A stretch of 64,000 bases of DNA from Tubiluchus corallicola. Its lineage: Eukaryota; Animalia; Priapulida. The notes under the pieces were generated by a model. That model saw nothing but the letters and a program-made list of their open reading frames with translations. It had not been told where the DNA came from and made no database searches. Location: the NCBI GenBank assembly GCA_030141605.1, contig JAQGDQ010000019.1, positions 1,240,001 through 1,304,000 on the forward strand. Direction: 5' to 3'. Below, in pieces: positions 63,301 to 64,000 of this stretch (its first letter is position 1; the number at the start of each line of letters is the position of its first letter). The position numbers and the translations under genes are program-made.

Positions 63301-63900
63301 TCTATGCGAAATGGAATCACTGTCTGCATAATTGGTATATGCACTACCCCTGTACTTATAAGGTAGCTTTTCTTCTCTAGAGGTGAAGGAGGATTGACGA
63401 TCAGCCTGTCGATAACCAGTCACTGGTGAAAGATTATGATAGGAATCCTCGTTTGCTACTAAGTTACCATAACTTCTATACTGCTCTGCAGAAGACAAGT
63501 GTCTCTCATCGAACAGGCCATTATAATCACGTCCATATGAAATATCACTCGGATGCATATCCCAACGTACATTTTCACATGGGCTTTTCCTTAGGTGATC
63601 ATCCACTTGAGAAACTTGTAGGGGAGAAGAATCATGCTTATATGTGTGATGTGCAGGTTGGACAGGAGAGCACGAACGGTGATCTCTTTGTAGCTCAGGT
63701 TCATGCCATCCTTGAGAATAGGAGTGACTAGGGGATCTATGTTCAGTGGAGTGGCATCTACCATGTGATTCAGAAAGTTTACTCCTGCATCCAGGAGATT
63801 GTGATCTTGACTTTGACCGGTTGAACTTGGCAGACTTGTCTTGCCTTGATTTCTTGGCTGAAACTACCTGGTCTGTGCAAAGGCATTCAATTACGAATTT
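60394..63900 (-). CDS. Last coding exon (1169 codons) of an unidentified RS-rich / acidic / coiled-coil / Pro-rich protein; upstream exons lie outside the window
   Basis: ORF 60394-63606 stays open upstream to 63900 (KFVIECLCTDQVVSAKKSRQ...), where the acceptor TCTGTTTTTCAG occurs. Contains RS repeats, E-x-[IV]-S-D repeats, KERKLRREAEE repeats and a PPPP tail. Confidence 0.85.
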   Translation of the reverse strand, partial: KFVIECLCTDQVVSAKKSRQDKSAKFNRSKSRSQSPGCRSKLSESHGRCHSTEHRSPSHSYSQGWHEPELQRDHRSCSPVQPAHHTYKHDSSPLQVSQVDDHLRKSPCENVRWDMHPSDISYGRDYNGLFDERHLSSAEQYRSYGNLVANEDSYHNLSPVTGYRQADRQSSFTSREEKLPYKYRGSAYTNYADSDSISHRRHRTSPENDGCSSLSKSCDVRRLSKDRSRSRGRFRSHSKSRDLQTCPVEKRLRERSRSLHRSLERHQRLRSRSRHRCSRSNSSGVSRSFHQCRRSISDKKQNQSRLHSRHNRSRSRRRHHSRSREPQRRPRSRGAERHYRSRSRETERRRHSRSREPRRPSKSRRAERHYRSKSGEVKQQLQSRSHDDKRHYRSRSRENERQKSDSKSAEVEQRQPSKSRETEQYFRKGNNIQTPIEEKSTQARTEEKSEAEARVKETETIEAAEVPDTDGEMNNNEKTVRQKGDYIKDGKSTAHLAARSNESHEALENRNVPLHNEVSLNNEAMKADNQMSKADELVSIEQLALESKMKCEQNQEVKHVPKACEEVSDEELIVVDKSEEEIIGESCEVISDKELSSENEVDIMRNESEMISDEDLDTELNSDAVLEHGEFISDDDMSGGELLFEEVSDEECPESCEEISDEELPVDSNTRAEKYDSVNNERLYPDLKVCKTVIKDLITKVIKMTETGIKLKQKRTRSQLSKKHKIKRLEDKTFQRVKAVNSQNDNRKVILENNSGKEQQPDSVIDAELEFVESPDLAMLMELADGEELIDIDELHISDEENRNYTDETQVKITERNRHVSDKHKSVQKDRSSRSKYCHTANKTSSSHSNREKSKSSCKSKTKNREKYEEPQDLREYLDSRTATQQRIQDITEKIRSEPNFDKRIVLRKERSRIAKELEERVKALEKREQRQRERLTGHEGEENERKLHREAEDKERKLRKVSEGKERKLRREAEEKETKLRREAEEKERRKREEKRRALEREEKEKQLRQEKMRKTVAQLRNIYGKDVPVSELPPGMVPYLDIPSAKTRENTIKCEELRRSQDLEMIRYLEEKRLQSYLDLDLDLWLLRTGPLLSCAKGEATRYIVPEDDNGLQPPGVFQPLPPPPQPIFSFVAPPRPLFSIAPPPPFGLLGRFTRDRSLVHIQTKP

Positions 63901-64000
63901 CTGAAAAACAGACTGTAAATGTTAGATTACGTACGACAACACGTACATACATAGGAATAGCAGTACATATTATATTCTGCATGTACAGCGTGCACTTAAA

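Noticed and set aside
60788-63731. Overlapping antisense or alternate-frame ORFs in the RS gene, and similar ones within the ZNF318-like exons
   Set aside because: Shadow ORFs produced by low-complexity codon repeats.
3573-63900. Genome-wide reassignment of TAG to an amino acid as the explanation for the Bora stop
   Set aside because: More than 3400 codons of Med6, ZNF318-like, RFXANK-like and the RS gene contain no in-frame TAG, so a changed genetic code is not supported.

Overview
AT-rich eukaryotic (invertebrate animal-like) nuclear DNA with spliceosomal GT-AG introns. Five protein-coding genes were reconstructed by hand: (1) Bora/aurora borealis (minus strand, single coding exon 3573-5501, interrupted by one in-frame TAG at 4554-4556); (2) Med6 (minus, 7 coding exons, about 260 aa); (3) a ZNF318-like RS/matrin-type zinc-finger protein (plus, 7 coding exons, about 1848 aa); (4) an intronless RFXANK/ANKRA2-family ankyrin protein (plus); (5) the 3.5-kb last coding exon of an unidentified RS/acidic/coiled-coil protein (minus) that continues beyond the window. 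Introns and intergenic DNA are dense with non-autonomous DNA transposons whose TIRs and target-site duplications are readable (hAT, Tc1/mariner, piggyBac-like, P-like, and a TGT...ACA family with 5-bp TSDs resembling Ginger2/Tdd), several of them nested, plus decayed CR1/L2 LINE fragments. The most interesting signal is the single amber codon in Bora, which separates the N-terminal Aurora-A/Plk1-activating half from a C-terminal half carrying a triplicated beta-TrCP-type degron. It could be readthrough, editing, a nonsense allele or an assembly error, and the sequence alone cannot decide. All family assignments rest on motif recognition from memory, not on database searches.
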